A stretch of DNA of 49,211 bases, taken from positions 93,449,786 through 93,498,996 of the forward strand of contig NC_068989.1 of NCBI RefSeq assembly GCF_001194135.2, in the 5' to 3' direction. The notes beneath the pieces were generated by a model. The model was given only the letters and a program-made list of their open reading frames with translations. It was not told the origin of the DNA and did no database searches. The stretch is from Octopus bimaculoides. Taxonomy: Eukaryota. The stretch's first letter is position 1. Each line of letters opens with the position of its first letter. Position numbers and translations under genes: made by a program. This document shows positions 11,301 to 23,907 of this stretch, in pieces.

Positions 11301-12429
11301 TTGGTTACCACAAAGGACCGTTAAATCCTACACTATTCTACCTTCTTGAATTACAGGTATACTTCATCCGACTGGCTTCCATAAAACTTTGTCTTTCATC
11401 ATATTATTGTCTAAGAGGCTGGGCATTCCAAAGATACTGAGTGCTGTTAAAAATAACTTCCATGATAAATTTAAGTGACACTGCGTGTGTGTAAGAGATA
11501 GAGAGTGAATATGCGAGTGTATGTGTGTGCGCGCGTGTGTGTGGTTGTTTGTGTGGGGTGTGTATTTTATCCAGTTAGAGAGTATTATCCTTTGATGTAC
11601 ACAGTATAGTGATATAAGCTACAAAAGCTTCTTGCAGTGAAGACATATGTCTAGGGAGGTTTTTATAACATGCTTTATGTCTCAAAGCAATCTTCGAGCT
11701 CTGAGATTCAACTTTCTTCTCGTTTTCTTCTCGTAATTTCTCATATACCAGCGTCGTGATTTTCAAACACAACAGACCATGTGCTCAAAGCCAGCAGATT
11801 GTCTTGAAACACAAGGCGCATTATAAAAAACCTGCCTCGACACGTGTCTTTACAGCAAGTAACTATTAGTAGCTCATATCTTTATACTGTGCACACCAAA
11901 TGATGTGTGTGTGTGTGTGTGTGTGTGTAAGAGGGGAGACAGAGAGTGGGTGAGAGAGAGAGAGAGAGAGAGGGGGAAAGATCGGAGTCTGGTCAAAGGA
12001 ACAGTTGTTTATCTGTACCAAGTCAGAGTTCATATTGTCTTGTATCATTTACGCTCATATATTAGCTATTAATTCTTATTGCTCATAATCTCTAGCTCAA
12101 TACTTGTCATAAACACCGAAATAAAGTAGAAATACTTCGCTCGCTTTGATAGTTGACGAAGGATAGTTCAAATGCTGACATTTAAGGGAACTAGGAATTA
12201 TCTGTGAAATAAATGTGATATATATCGAGATAAAAGTTTTTAGTTTAAACATGTGAAGCCTAATTTAGCATATAAGGACGCCAGGTGCTCCTAGGTGTAA
12301 GCCCTAATATTTTTTCGATGAATCGATAGGGATGAGGGTTGAATACCGACAGCGGTGGTGGTGGAGTTGGGAAGCCTGATGTTTCATTTTATTTTAGTTT
12401 AGTTCTAGATCTTGGTTTATGATATTTTA

Positions 12430-12520
12430 TCTTTTGCTTGTCTCAGTCATTTAATTGCGGCCATGCTGGGGCACTGCACTGAAAGGATTTTAGTCGAAGA
12501 AATTCACCCTAATACTCATT
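12430..12520 (-). mobile_element. SINE-B tail fragment (similar pieces at 9826-9900 minus and 13870-13980 plus)
   Basis: CAGTCATTTAATTGCGGCCATGCTGGGGCAC. Confidence 0.7.
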
Positions 12521-12906
12521 CTTAAATGGACTCTTTCTTTTCTTTTACCCAAACGCTAAGGTACGATGACATTAACAAACTAACAACGGTTGTGCAGCGG
12601 GGGGGGGGACGCATAAACCTAAAAGTTAGCACACACACATACACGCACTCACACACACGTACACACTCACACACAATCCCCCCCACAAACTCATACACAC
12701 ATACTCTTACACACATTCACACACACTCACACAGATACACGCGCACTTACGCGCGCACACACGCACACACGCACACGCACACACTGACACAAATACACTT
12801 ACACACATTCACACACACACACACATATATACACACGTATAGGCACATAAAACAAGATGGAAAAAAAACAGTACTCGAATCCCGAAGGTAAAGTAATATG
12901 CTTTTC

Positions 12907-13064
12907 TATTAAGGCTGCAAAAACATTAGAAAATCTGTTGCTCAGGGTCTCACGTTCCCGTTAATCGAGTGGTTGTGATCAAAAACCTTGATCCCAACTG
13001 AACCGACGAACGGGAACTTAAAACTCCGAGTAGCAGTTTTTGTGATGCTTTTGGAGCTTTAATA
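12907..13064. mobile_element. Decayed MITE with ~55-bp terminal inverted repeats
   Basis: TATTAAGGCTGCAAAAAC...GTTCCCGTT pairs with AACGGGAAC...GGAGCTTTAATA at roughly 70% identity by eye. Confidence 0.65.
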
Positions 13065-13087
13065 AAAAAAGTATATGTGTATGTATG

Positions 13088-13124
<37 letters not shown>

Positions 13125-13574
13125 NNNNNNNNNNNNNNNNNNNNNNNNNNNNNNNNNNNNNNNNNNNNNNNNNNNNNNNNNNNNNNNNNNNNNNNNNNNN
13201 NNNNNNNNNNNNNNNNNNNNNNNNNNNNNNNNNNNNNNNNNNNNNNNNNNNNNNNNNNNNNNNNNNNNNNNNNNNNNNNNNNNNNNNNNNNNNNNNNNNN
13301 NNNNNNNNNNNNNNNNNNNNNNNNNNNNNNNNNNNNNNNNNNNNNNNNNNNNNNNNNNNNNNNNNNNNNNNNNNNNNNNNNNNNNNNNNNNNNNNNNNNN
13401 NNNNNNNNNNNNNNNNNNNNNNNNNNNNNNNNNNNNNNNNNNNNNNNNNNNNNNNNNNNNNNNNNNNNNNNNNNNNNNNNNNNNNNNNNNNNNNNNNNNN
13501 NNNNNNNNNNNNNNNNNNNNNNNNNNNNNNNNNNNNNNNNNNNNNNNNNNNNNNNNNNNNNNNNNNNNNNNNNN

Positions 13575-13613
<39 letters not shown>

Positions 13614-14410
13614 CATATACATATATGTGTGTGTGTATGTGTGCATGAATGTGTGTGTGTGTGTGTGTGTGTATGTGTGTGTGTGTGTGTGTCTATTCAT
13701 ACGACGTGCTTCTTTTAGTTTCCGTCTACCAAATTTACTGATTAGGTTTCGGGGCCAGTGTTACTGCGTGGCACATTGCACGGTGTCTTCTAATATAACC
13801 CCGAGCTAACCAACGTCTTTTAAGTGAACGTTGTAAGAGGAAACTGTGAGGAAGTCCTTCGTATGTATATGGATTTGTGTTTGTGTTGCGTTTGTCCCCA
13901 CAAACTGCTTGTCTCTTTCGCTCCTTCGACGTAACCTAGAAGTTTGGAAAAGAGATCGATATAATAAGTACCAGGCATACTCACTGCTTGTCAAAAAATA
14001 CTTATCAGAGACGCAAGTAATATTAATAGCAGCGATGTGACATTTATCTCCGCTTAACCGTGGATGTTCTGGTAGAACAAAACTTTACTGCGACAGTTAT
14101 TATGAGAGAAACTCTGATATTGGATTTTGGTGCAGAATGCGCTCTTGTTTATATCACTAGCAAAGAAACAGACCCCGCCACTGCCAGCACTGAGAGCATC
14201 AGGTCACTTAATTTCGGCCTTTCTTAGCCTTGTCAATGTTGGACCCCGGACGTTAGAGGTAGCAGCGATGTATCTCTATCAGTGATATAGAGAATCACAG
14301 TGTGCTAGAATAGGGGCTGGTGTCGCGATTCGCCAGTGGGCTTGTTAAAAGATAATTATTAGCGACAGAAGCAGTATTAATACCAAGAAGTAATCTTAAT
14401 CCCCACTTAA

Positions 14411-14845
14411 GGCGGCGAGCTGGCAGAAACGTTAGCACGCCGGGCGAAATGCTTAGCGGTATTTCGTCTGCCGTTACGTTCTGAGTTCAATTTCCGCTGA
14501 AGTCGACTTGGCCTTTCATTCTTTCGGGGTCGATAAATTACGTACCACTTACGCACTGGAGTCGATGTAATCTACTTAATCTCTTTGTCTGTCCTTGTTT
14601 GTCCCCTCTATGCTTACCCCCTTGTGAGCAATAAAGAAATAAGAAACGTCAGCACGCCGGACGAAATGCTTAGCGGTATTTCGTCTGTCTTTATGTTCCG
14701 AATTCAAATTCAGCCGAGGTCGACTTTGCTTTTCATGCTTTTGGGGTCGATAAATTAAGTACTAGCTGCGTACTGGAGTCGATCCAATCGACTGGCCCCG
14801 CCCACAAAATTTCAGGCCTTGTGCCTAGATTGGAAAAGAATATTT
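14411..14845 (+). mobile_element. Dimeric SINE-A
   Basis: GGCGGCGAGCTGGCAGAAACGTTAGCACG... monomer, then a linker ending GCAATAAAGAAATAAGAAACG, then a second monomer ending GGCCTTGTGCCTAGATTGGAAAAGA. Confidence 0.9.
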
Positions 14846-14876
14846 ATCTCCACTTGAAAGTGGATGCTCTACTAGA

Positions 14877-14909
<33 letters not shown>

Positions 14910-15906
14910 CAGAGAAAGAGAGATGAGAGAGAGACAAAGAATATTTCTCAGTGATAGCTTTTTTAGAGAGATGGTTTGCATAAGCTATATGCAGACAGAG
15001 CCTACATATGTTTCTATGGAGCCCAGCTCAATAAGCTACACACGTAAACACCTTCTATCCTCAAGTTACATGCATATCGGATGCGTATTCATATAATCTC
15101 TATAGTTCTAATATATTTGGGTCATTCAGCTATTTATATCTGCGTTCTAAATACGATGCATTGAAAGGTATGACATGTCTTTCCGAAAGTGAAAGTATAG
15201 CATGAGTGTCAAATGTATGTGGGCGTGTAGCCGAGTGTGCGTGTGTGTGTGGTGAGTGTATAAATATAATTGAGAGATCAAAATATTTACATTTATATAA
15301 ACGCAGACAGATAGAGAAAGGGAGAGAGAGAGGGGGGAGTGAGAGAGGGAGAATGAAAGAGCATGTGTGTGTGTGTGTGTGTGTGTGTGCTTCTGTGGGT
15401 GTGTTTATGTGTTTGTGTGTGTGCGCGTGTGTGTGTGAGACGTATTCTAATTATAGAGACACGCTTTGAAAATACTAAGAACATACCAAAGAAACATATA
15501 GTTTCGTATCATTTATGTGTGTGCATGTCAACACACATACGAAGACACACACACACACACGTTCATATATGCATGTACCAACATACTTACACTCTTCCAT
15601 CTATAATATATAAATTAAAAAACATACCTGCATAAATACATACAAGCATACAGGTATGCATATATACATAATATCATATATTATATATATATGTATGTAT
15701 ATATATATATTATATATATATATATATATTCCTGTGAGAGATAGGGGTTGGGAAACCAATCAACTAAAGGATAGAGCCTATTCAATATCCTGCTGGCAGT
15801 GTACCCAATTATTCATACCCAAATGCTGGTTATTGCACGGCAATCTTGCAATAGAGTGTCATAGATTGGCGGGGGTAAAAAGTGCTTTACTCTTCTTAAT
15901 TTATAC

Positions 15907-16077
15907 GGCAAATAAAAAATGGATACAAAACGACAAAACGACATACGTCAGCCGGTAGATATTCCAGTGTGTTTAATACTTTCTAATACTTTCTAATGCT
16001 TTGGAATAAATAGACACACTGGAATATCAACCGGCTGATATATGTCATTTTGTATCCTCTTCCTTTTCTTATTTGCC
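15907..16077. repeat. ~170-nt foldback, MITE-like
   Basis: Arms GGCAAATA...GTCAGCCGGTAGATATTCCAGTGTGT and ACACACTGGAATATCAACCGGCTGA...TATTTGCC. The loop contains tandem TAATACTTTC. Confidence 0.8.
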
Positions 16078-16080
16078 TGA

Positions 16081-16172
<92 letters not shown>
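16081..16172. repeat. (GA)n microsatellite
   Basis: Direct reading. Confidence 0.95.
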
Positions 16173-16174
<2 letters not shown>

Positions 16175-16961
16175 CGTACATACGTCGATGCAAGCACATA
16201 TGCATACTTACATATTTACAAACATGCATTCATACACACATTCCCAGAAAGAAATATACATACATGGTATATGCATACACAAAAGCACTCATACATACAT
16301 GCATACCTACATACATACACGCATATATATTTCATACATAAAGACAGACATACATACATACCAATACAGGCATACATACACCTAGATAGATAGATAGATA
16401 GATAGATACATACATACATACAGACACACATACAGACACACATACATACATAAATTCATTCACTAATCGTCTAATCATTTATCAAGAAAACAGCCTCACA
16501 TACATGTTGATGAAAAATGAAAAATATGCGCGGATTTGTAAGACGAATAGTAAGATAAATGTAGCAAGTTAAAGTAATAATTAAGCAAACAGCAGAAGGT
16601 ATGAATATCACACAAAAGGCTCAGAACTACCGGAGCCGAATGAATTGAAGCATTCGACATAAAGACAAAATGGAGGATCGTTTGTTTTGCCGTCTTTAGA
16701 TGAGAGAGCAATACCGTTGGCGCGAAACGGCTTTTTATTATTGACGACCATAAAAAAAAAAATGTTTTATAAAGTTCATATATCTAAATACATGCGTGGC
16801 GTTCATATTTGTGTATAATTATGCACGCGAGTGTATGAAATCATCTGTGTATGTGTGTATATGTATATCTGTACGTAATTCAACAGTGTACAAATACTTA
16901 CACAGGCATTTATTCATCAATTCGATATATACAAACAATCGAACATACATACATACACACA

Positions 16962-17014
<53 letters not shown>

Positions 17015-17429
17015 TCACACACCTATAAATACACAAACATATATATATACATATTTATATACATATATATATATGCGTATGTGTACTTCTATATGTAAAC
17101 CATGTTGGCAAAATGACATAGTCTGCCATGGACACCTGTGCTTTGGTTCTTTCTTTCTTTTTCTTTTCTTCCTTTTTTTGTCACTTTTGCTATGAATTAA
17201 ATTAATGAATTCAACGGGATACACCGTCTGCAAGTAGTTGGGTTCAGCATATTATCCTCCATTTTCTAATTGTTACACAAATTTTGGGTAAAACCTCCAC
17301 TTTTACCCACTCCCATTGATTGCACCTAGTATAGCACTAGTGTAGCAATAATTGGGTACCCTCCCAGCAGTATACTGGATAGATACTATCCCTTAGTGGG
17401 TTGAACCCCCAACCCCTAACTCTCTCACG

Positions 17430-17462
<33 letters not shown>

Positions 17463-17562
17463 AATGTACCTATGTATGTACATGTGTATATGTAAGTAAA
17501 CATGTATTGTGTGCGTGTGGGCGTGCAAATATCAACTGAAGATGTGTATTCTTTTACTTTTT

Positions 17563-17751
17563 TGTTTCATTTGTTTGACATTTGACTGCGGCCATGTGGG
17601 AGCACCGCCTGTAGTCGAGCAAATCGACCCCAGGACCTATTCTTTGTAAGCCTAGTACCTATTCCATCGGTGTCTTTTGCCGAACCGCTAGAAAACAGGG
17701 AACATAAACACACCAGCATCGGTTGTCAAGCGATGTTGGGGCAACACACAC
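17563..17751 (-). mobile_element. SINE-B 3' half (runs into a gap)
   Basis: TTTGACTGCGGCCATG..GAGCACCGCC...TTTGTAAGCCTAGTAC. Confidence 0.85.
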
Positions 17752-17965
17752 NNNNNNNNNNNNNNNNNNNNNNNNNNNNNNNNNNNNNNNNNNNNNNNNN
17801 NNNNNNNNNNNNNNNNNNNNNNNNNNNNNNNNNNNNNNNNNNNNNNNNNNNNNNNNNNNNNNNNNNNNNNNNNNNNNNNNNNNNNNNNNNNNNNNNNNNN
17901 NNNNNNNNNNNNNNNNNNNNNNNNNNNNNNNNNNNNNNNNNNNNNNNNNNNNNNNNNNNNNNNNN

Positions 17966-18004
<39 letters not shown>

Positions 18005-18399
18005 CTTATTATTGTTGTTTATTGTCCATAACAAAAAGAACTATCAACTTTCTATCTTTTAGTCTGTGCGTCTTTTTCTGAGGAGTTGAAAAGGCAGTTA
18101 CCTAATTCGGTGTGTACACATATTGATAGACATACAGATAGAAAGAGAAGCTGGTAGACAATGACGTGGACAGACAGCTGGAGTCAGAAGAAAAAAGCAG
18201 ACACGCGCAAAGACAATAGATAATTATTACATACATATACACATAAAGGCACACGCAAACACACAGAGAGAGAGACACACTTAGATACAAAATTATATGT
18301 ACGTACACATGTATATATGTATGAATGTGAGTGTGTATATATATAGAAATAAATAAATATATATATATATATATATATATATTATTTTCATTTATTATT

Positions 18400-18600
18400 T
18401 TCTTCTGCTTGTTTCAGTCATTTGACTGCAGCCATGCTGGAGCACCACCTTTAGTAGAACAAATCAACCCCAAGACTTAATCTTTGTAAGCTTAGTATTT
18501 ATTCTGTTGGTTTCTTTCGCCGAACTGCTAAATTACGGGTATTTAAACACACCAGCATCGGTTGTCAAACGATTGTGGGGTGACAAACACAGGCACACAA
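18400..18600 (-). mobile_element. SINE-B 3' half
   Basis: GTTTCAGTCATTTGACTGCAGCCATGCTGGAGCACC. Confidence 0.85.
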
Positions 18601-18605
18601 GCATA

Positions 18606-18672
<67 letters not shown>

Positions 18673-19099
18673 ACATACATATACATGCATGCAAATATAC
18701 ATATATGTGTTTGCGTGTGTCGTATAAGTTTGAGCTGACAGTCTTTAACTCGTCAAATAACTAAAATAAAAGACTGAAGTGTTGTATGTTCCTGGTCTTA
18801 GAGAACCTGAACATGAAAAATCCTCCCTCTTCTGTTCATGAATTATTTGAGCAAAACAACAGGCTTTGATGCAGAGGTTGTTCACGGCTGATGTCTTTCT
18901 CGGGGAACTCAGGAAGGATTTAGAAGAAAGAAAAGCGTAAGAACGAAAAGAAGAGGAGAAAAATGTATAGGAATTACGAAAAAAAAAAGGCATTATATAA
19001 ACTATAATGAGCGACAGAAGCAATATTAATAATCACCACTTAAAAGCCGATGCTGCGTTAAAACACACACACGTGTTTGTGTGTGTGTGGCCGCATGCA

Positions 19100-19150
<51 letters not shown>

Positions 19151-20150
19151 ATCTTTGTGGTTATCGTCACTGTCTATAATTTTGTTCCAATTATTTTCAA
19201 ATTTTGTATATGGATTAAGTTTTGTATACTAATTATGAAAAAGAAATTACTTTTTCTTATAAATTCATGATTAAAAAGCTATTAGCCTTTACAATTTACA
19301 AAATTTGGGTATTTTAACCAATCAGAATCTGTTAGCATATTAAGCAAAGAACCAGCACATATTCCATAGCTGATAGCAAAAACCTCTCTTTTTCCATAGC
19401 AACCAAAGATGCTGCGCATACACAGAAGGAGTTTAGCCGCGAAATTGATTGTAATTTGGAATTTCCGAGTATCTGGGTATCTTGAAAGCGTGGAAACAAA
19501 CAGATTTTCTGAATCTCCTTGATTCTTTTAATGTGCTTGTTCCATGGTATTAAATTGATATTAATTAATATCTAAGTTTTTACTCTACTGTTTTAATTTA
19601 ATTAACCGTAACCACGTTCTCAAAGTTGGTATATTCGATGCGGAAATCATTTTCTGCAGAGATATTTCCGGATTTAGCGCGCCAAAACGAAGACTTTTGA
19701 ATCTTACCATAAATATAATTAACAGGACCATGTGCACGTTCTTCATTCGTGGGGAACAACTAGTATACGATTCTGGGAATTATATTTCTTTGGCAGTCCA
19801 TACTGATGAGAAACAGATATTTTCGGTAAGGAAATATTAATTTCGAAACCAGTCCGTGGATAACATTGTATGTATTTGTGTAATTCTCACTTGTCTTGCC
19901 CGTATACGTTTGTTGCTTCGCTAAATTTTTCTTTGAGAGCAATTCGGTGCTAGTAGACGCATTACATGTGATCTTCTTCTAGCACATTAACAGTCCACCT
20001 AGTGGTCTCCTTTATATATATATATATATATATATATNNNNNNNNNNNNNNNNNNNNNNNNNNNNNNNNNNNNNNNNNNNNNNNNNNNNNNNNNNNNNNN
20101 NNNNNNNNNNNNNNNNNNNNNNNNNNNNNNNNNNNNNNNNNNNNNNNNNN

Positions 20151-20193
<43 letters not shown>

Positions 20194-20204
20194 AAGATAT
20201 ACAT

Positions 20205-20360
20205 ATAGTTGAAATTTATAGAAAAACAAAGGACGAAGACAGGTGTATGAACAACAAGCAGGTGTATTAGTTTGACGCTCGGGAAAGTGAAAAAGTCTTT
20301 TACGTTTCGAGCCTACATCCTTCAACAGAAAGGACTAAGAGAAAATAAACAGTGAGAGAA
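20205..20360 (-). mobile_element. Solo Penelope-like terminal fragment with an HHR motif at 20297-20332
   Basis: CUUU-CUGUUGA-A-GGAU guag GCUC-GAAA-CGUA-AAAG. A6U variant, palindrome ACGU, perfect stem I. Confidence 0.65.
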
Positions 20361-20469
20361 TTTTAAAAAAACTTGTGGATTTTAGTCACCATGAAGCATA
20401 GAAAACAGTTTGAGGTTGAAAGAAGGAGAGATGATAAAGTATTGGTGGTCCCAAAACGTGTGGGTGGCC

Positions 20470-20810
20470 ACAGTCTGACTACTGAAACAGATAAAAAAGG
20501 ATAAAAAAATATTACATCAGATTTTTTTGCTGAACCACTAAAAGTTACGGGGACGTAATCAGACAAACACCGGTTGTCAAGTGTTTATGGAACAAACACA
20601 AAACTTGGCACTCCTCCCCCTATATCTCCAGCCCTCTCTCTTTCTCACTCTCTCTATCTCCACATTTAGCCATCTGTCTATCTACGACGGGAGTCCACCC
20701 AATTACCGTCTATAGAATTTCACTCGTAAGGCACTGGTCTGTTCGAGGCTATGGTAGAAGACGTTTGGGCAATGGGACTGAGCAAGAAGCCACATGGTTG
20801 CGAAACACTT
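20470..20810 (-). mobile_element. Fragmented SINE-B
   Basis: GTTACGGGGACGT...CCGGTTGTCAAG; CGACGGG...CACTCGTAAGGC...GAGGCTATGGTAGAAGAC. Confidence 0.6.
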
Positions 20811-21710
20811 TTTGCATATTATTTTTCATAAAATGATTCCAATCGGCTTTCACTATCGACCTGTCTGGAGTCACTCAACCTTTTCTAATTGGTTCACGGT
20901 CAACGATCGCTCACAAATCTCGTCACTTGCAAAACAAGTTTTCCTTCTCAATTCTTTTACCAGCCTCAGTCATTTTAATCAATTTATGCCGAGACACCGC
21001 TGTCGGCGCTTTCATTCCATAACATCGCCTTCCAGTATTTATGTCACTTTCATAATGACTTTATCGAACCTTCTTTATCAAACGGCTAAGTTACATTTTG
21101 GCATTGTCAAAGCAACTCAACTCGCTTCTTTGTTTTGTTGGGTTTTTTTTTTTTCAACAGTTCTGACAAATCCTTATGTTTGCCTTCCGACTGTGTTTGT
21201 CCGCCCGTCTATCTGTGTATATATGTATGTAGATGCATGCTTATGTATGTATGTATAAATATACATCTACGCACACACGCGAACAAACACACACACATCT
21301 CTATGTGTGTGTTAGTGTGTAGATGTATATTTATATATGTGTATGTATATGTACATATATATATATATATATATATANNNNNNNNNNNNNNNNNNNNNNN
21401 NNNNNNNNNNNNNNNNNNNNNNNNNNNNNNNNNNNNNNNNNNNNNNNNNNNNNNNNNNNNNNNNNNNNNNNNNNNNNNNNNNNNNNNNNNNNNNNNNNNN
21501 NNNNNNNNNNNNNNNNNNNNNNNNNNNNNNNNNNNNNNNNNNNNNNNNNNNNNNNNNNNNNNNNNNNNNNNNNNNNNNNNNNNNNNNNNNNNNNNNNNNN
21601 NNNNNNNNNNNNNNNNNNNNNNNNNNNNNNNATAATTGCTAAACAGGACACCAAACATTAAGGCAAGGCAAACATCTCAAGTCATATACAATAATAGGAA
21701 GAAATTCAAA

Positions 21711-21766
21711 GTCTTACAGCTGTTTCTGGGATATCTCCGAGTATGGGATATTCCGTCATCGGAGAC
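21711..21766 (-). ncRNA. Type I hammerhead motif, U4C variant
   Basis: GUCU-CCGAUGA-[stem II CGGAAUAUC/GAUAUCCCA]-GAAA-CAGCUG-UA-AGAC. Stem III is the palindrome ACAGCUGU and stem I is a perfect 4 bp. Confidence 0.65.
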
Positions 21767-21974
21767 AAATAGGGGGAAGGGAAAATGGAAATTGAGAATG
21801 GTGTATATTATGAATAAGATGACAGCATAGAAGAAGGGAGTAAAAGAATAAGGTGATAGAAAGAAGAAAAAAGAACCATAAAAGTTCATAGTTCAATTAT
21901 CCGAATTTATAGAAACCAGAGCATAAGTCCGTAGGTGCAATCCTGCGTAGATCCATGAGCGTAACTCTCATAGA

Positions 21975-22030
21975 ATCTCGCATGACGGAATAACCCATGC
22001 TCAAGGATGTCCCAGAAACAGGTGCAAGAT
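21975..22030 (+). ncRNA. Degenerate hammerhead relic
   Basis: AUCU-CGCAUGA-...UCCCA-GAAA-CAGGUG-CA-AGAU. The core and stem III are mutated; stem I AUCU/AGAU is intact. Confidence 0.5.
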
Positions 22031-22420
22031 TTTGAATTTCTTCTCATAATAATATTGTATATGACTCGAGATGTTTGCCTTGCCTTAATGTTTGCTGTTC
22101 TGTGTAACAATTATATATTCACTGAATCGGAAATCTGCAATGGTTCCGTAACTACCGTCTCAGCTATAACCTTGGAGCCCCAGTAATCTTTTACTGCACT
22201 TACCTAGCGTACCTAATCGTTTAGATCACCTGTGAACTAAACCCCCATACTTTGTGTGTGCATGTATGTATGTATATATATATATATAGGAGAGTATTGT
22301 AGTTCGCTTGAAGCATTGTGTATTGTTTGTAAAGAATAGAATGTTTTGAATGGTACACCAATGCACTATAATACAAAACATGGACTATATACCTGTTGTA
22401 ATTTAGTCATCGATAGTCTG

Positions 22421-22457
22421 ATATGATATTTCGGAATAAAATTCCTTCTTCAGATAT
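22421..22457 (-). ncRNA. Minimal type I hammerhead ribozyme motif
   Basis: AUAU-CUGAAGA-A-GGAA uuuua UUCC-GAAA-UAUC-AUAU. Stem III is the palindrome AUAU, the triplet is AUC, and stems I and II are 4 bp each. Confidence 0.7.
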
Positions 22458-22556
22458 TCTGAGATGGAGTCGCTGCTATAATCAACGATCGCTGACAAAT
22501 CTCGTCACTTGCAAAACAATTTGGAAAACCGGTTATAGCAGTGACTCCATCTAAGA

Positions 22557-22594
22557 CTATCTGAAGAAGGAATTGTATTCCGAAATATCATCGG
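22557..22594 (+). ncRNA. Minimal type I hammerhead motif with disrupted stem I
   Basis: CUAU-CUGAAGA-A-GGAA uugua UUCC-GAAA-UAUC-AUCGG. Confidence 0.6.
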
Positions 22595-23516
22595 ACTATG
22601 GATGACTAAATTACAACAGGTATATAGTCCAATTTTTGTATTATAGTGCATTGTTGTACCATTCAAAACTNNNNNNNNNNNNNNNNNNNNNNNNNNNNNN
22701 NNNNNNNNNNNNNNNNNNNNNNNNNNNNNNNNNNNNNNNNNNNNNNNNNNNNNNNNNNNNNNNNNNNNNNNNNNNNNNNNNNNNNNNNNNNNNNNNNNNN
22801 NNNNNNNNNNNNNNNNNNNNNNNNNNNNNNNNNNNNNNNNNNNNNNNNNNNNNNNNNNNNNNNNNNNNNNNNNNNNNNNNNNNNNNNNNNNNNNNNNNNN
22901 NNNNNNNNNNNNNNNNNNNNNNNNNNNNNNNNNNNNNNNNNNNNNNNNNNNNNNNNNNNNNNNNNNNNNNNNNNNNNNNNNNNNNNNNNNNNNNNNNNNN
23001 NNNNNNNNNNNNNNNNNNNNNNNNNNNNNNNNNNNNNNNNNNNNNNNNNNNNNNNNNNNNNNNNNNNNNNNNNNNNNNNNNNNNNNNNNNNNNNNNNNNN
23101 NNNNNNNNNNNNNNNNNNNNNNNNNNNNNNNNNNNNNNNNNNNNNNNNNNNNNNNNNNNNNNNNNNNNNNNNNNNNNNNNNNNNNNNNNNNNNNNNNNNN
23201 NNNNNNNNNNNNNNNNNNNNNNNNNNNNNNNNNNNNNNNNNNNNNNNNNNNNNNNNNNNNNNNNNNNNNNNNNNNNNNNNNNNNNNNNNNNNNNNNNNNN
23301 NNNNNNNNNNNNNNNNNNNNNNNNNNNNNNNNNNNNNNNNNNNNNNNNNNNNNNNNNNNNNNNNNNNNNNNNNNNNNNNNNNNNNNNNNNNNNNNNNNNN
23401 NNNNNNNNNNNNNNNNNNNNNNNNNNNNNNNNNNNNNNNNNNNNNNNNNNNNNNNNNNNNNNNNNNNNNNNNNNNNNNNNNNNNNNNNNNNNNNNNNNNN
23501 NNNNNGATGAAATAAC

Positions 23517-23853
23517 TACCAGTTACGCGCTGGGGTCGACGTAATCGACTAGCCTCTATCCCCAAAATATTTTCAAGGCCTTGTGCCTAGAGTAGAAATA
23601 ATAACAACTATCATTGTTGTTGTTACTGTTATTATCATCTTTGACGGTGAGCTGGCAGAGTCGTTAGCACGCTGGACGACATGCTTAGTGGTATTTCGCC
23701 TGTCGCTACGTTCTGAGTTCAAATTCCATCGAGGTCAACGTTGCCTTTCATCCTGTCGGTGTCAATAAATTAATTACCAGTCAAGCAGTGGGGTCAATAT
23801 AATCGACTCATCCCTTCCCCCAAAATTGCTGCCCTTATAGCAAAATTTGAAAT
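23517..23853 (+). mobile_element. SINE-A tail (23517-23599) plus full SINE-A (23643-23853)
   Basis: Diagnostic GAGCTGGCAGA, GAGTTCAAATTCC and GGGGTCGAC/ATCGACT blocks. Confidence 0.8.
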
Positions 23854-23907
23854 CATCATTATTATTGTTGTTGTTGTTGTTGTTCTTGTCATCATCATCA
23901 CTGTCTA

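Larger units (their letters stand above)
21631..22116. mobile_element. Inverted-repeat element with ~130-bp arms and two HHR relics (Penelope-like pLTR pair)
   Basis: 21631-21758 is the reverse complement of 21981-22116 at ~85% by eye. The matching translations MLNRTPNIKARQTSQ and MLHRTANIKARQTSR in the ORF track confirm the symmetry. Confidence 0.8.
22343..22670. mobile_element. Inverted-repeat element with ~140-bp arms, ~50-bp spacer and two HHR motifs
   Basis: 22343-22481 is the reverse complement of 22533-22669 at ~90% by eye. The right arm runs into the gap at 22671. Confidence 0.85.

Noticed and set aside
14273-14293. tetO-like TCTCTATCAGTGATATAGAGA
   Set aside because: It has a 2-nt insertion relative to tetO and no vector context; this is a chance palindrome.
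16689-16731. Type III hammerhead-like GCCGUC...AGAUGA...GAAACGGC
   Set aside because: Stem III pairs well, but there is no room for stem I and the core lacks CU.
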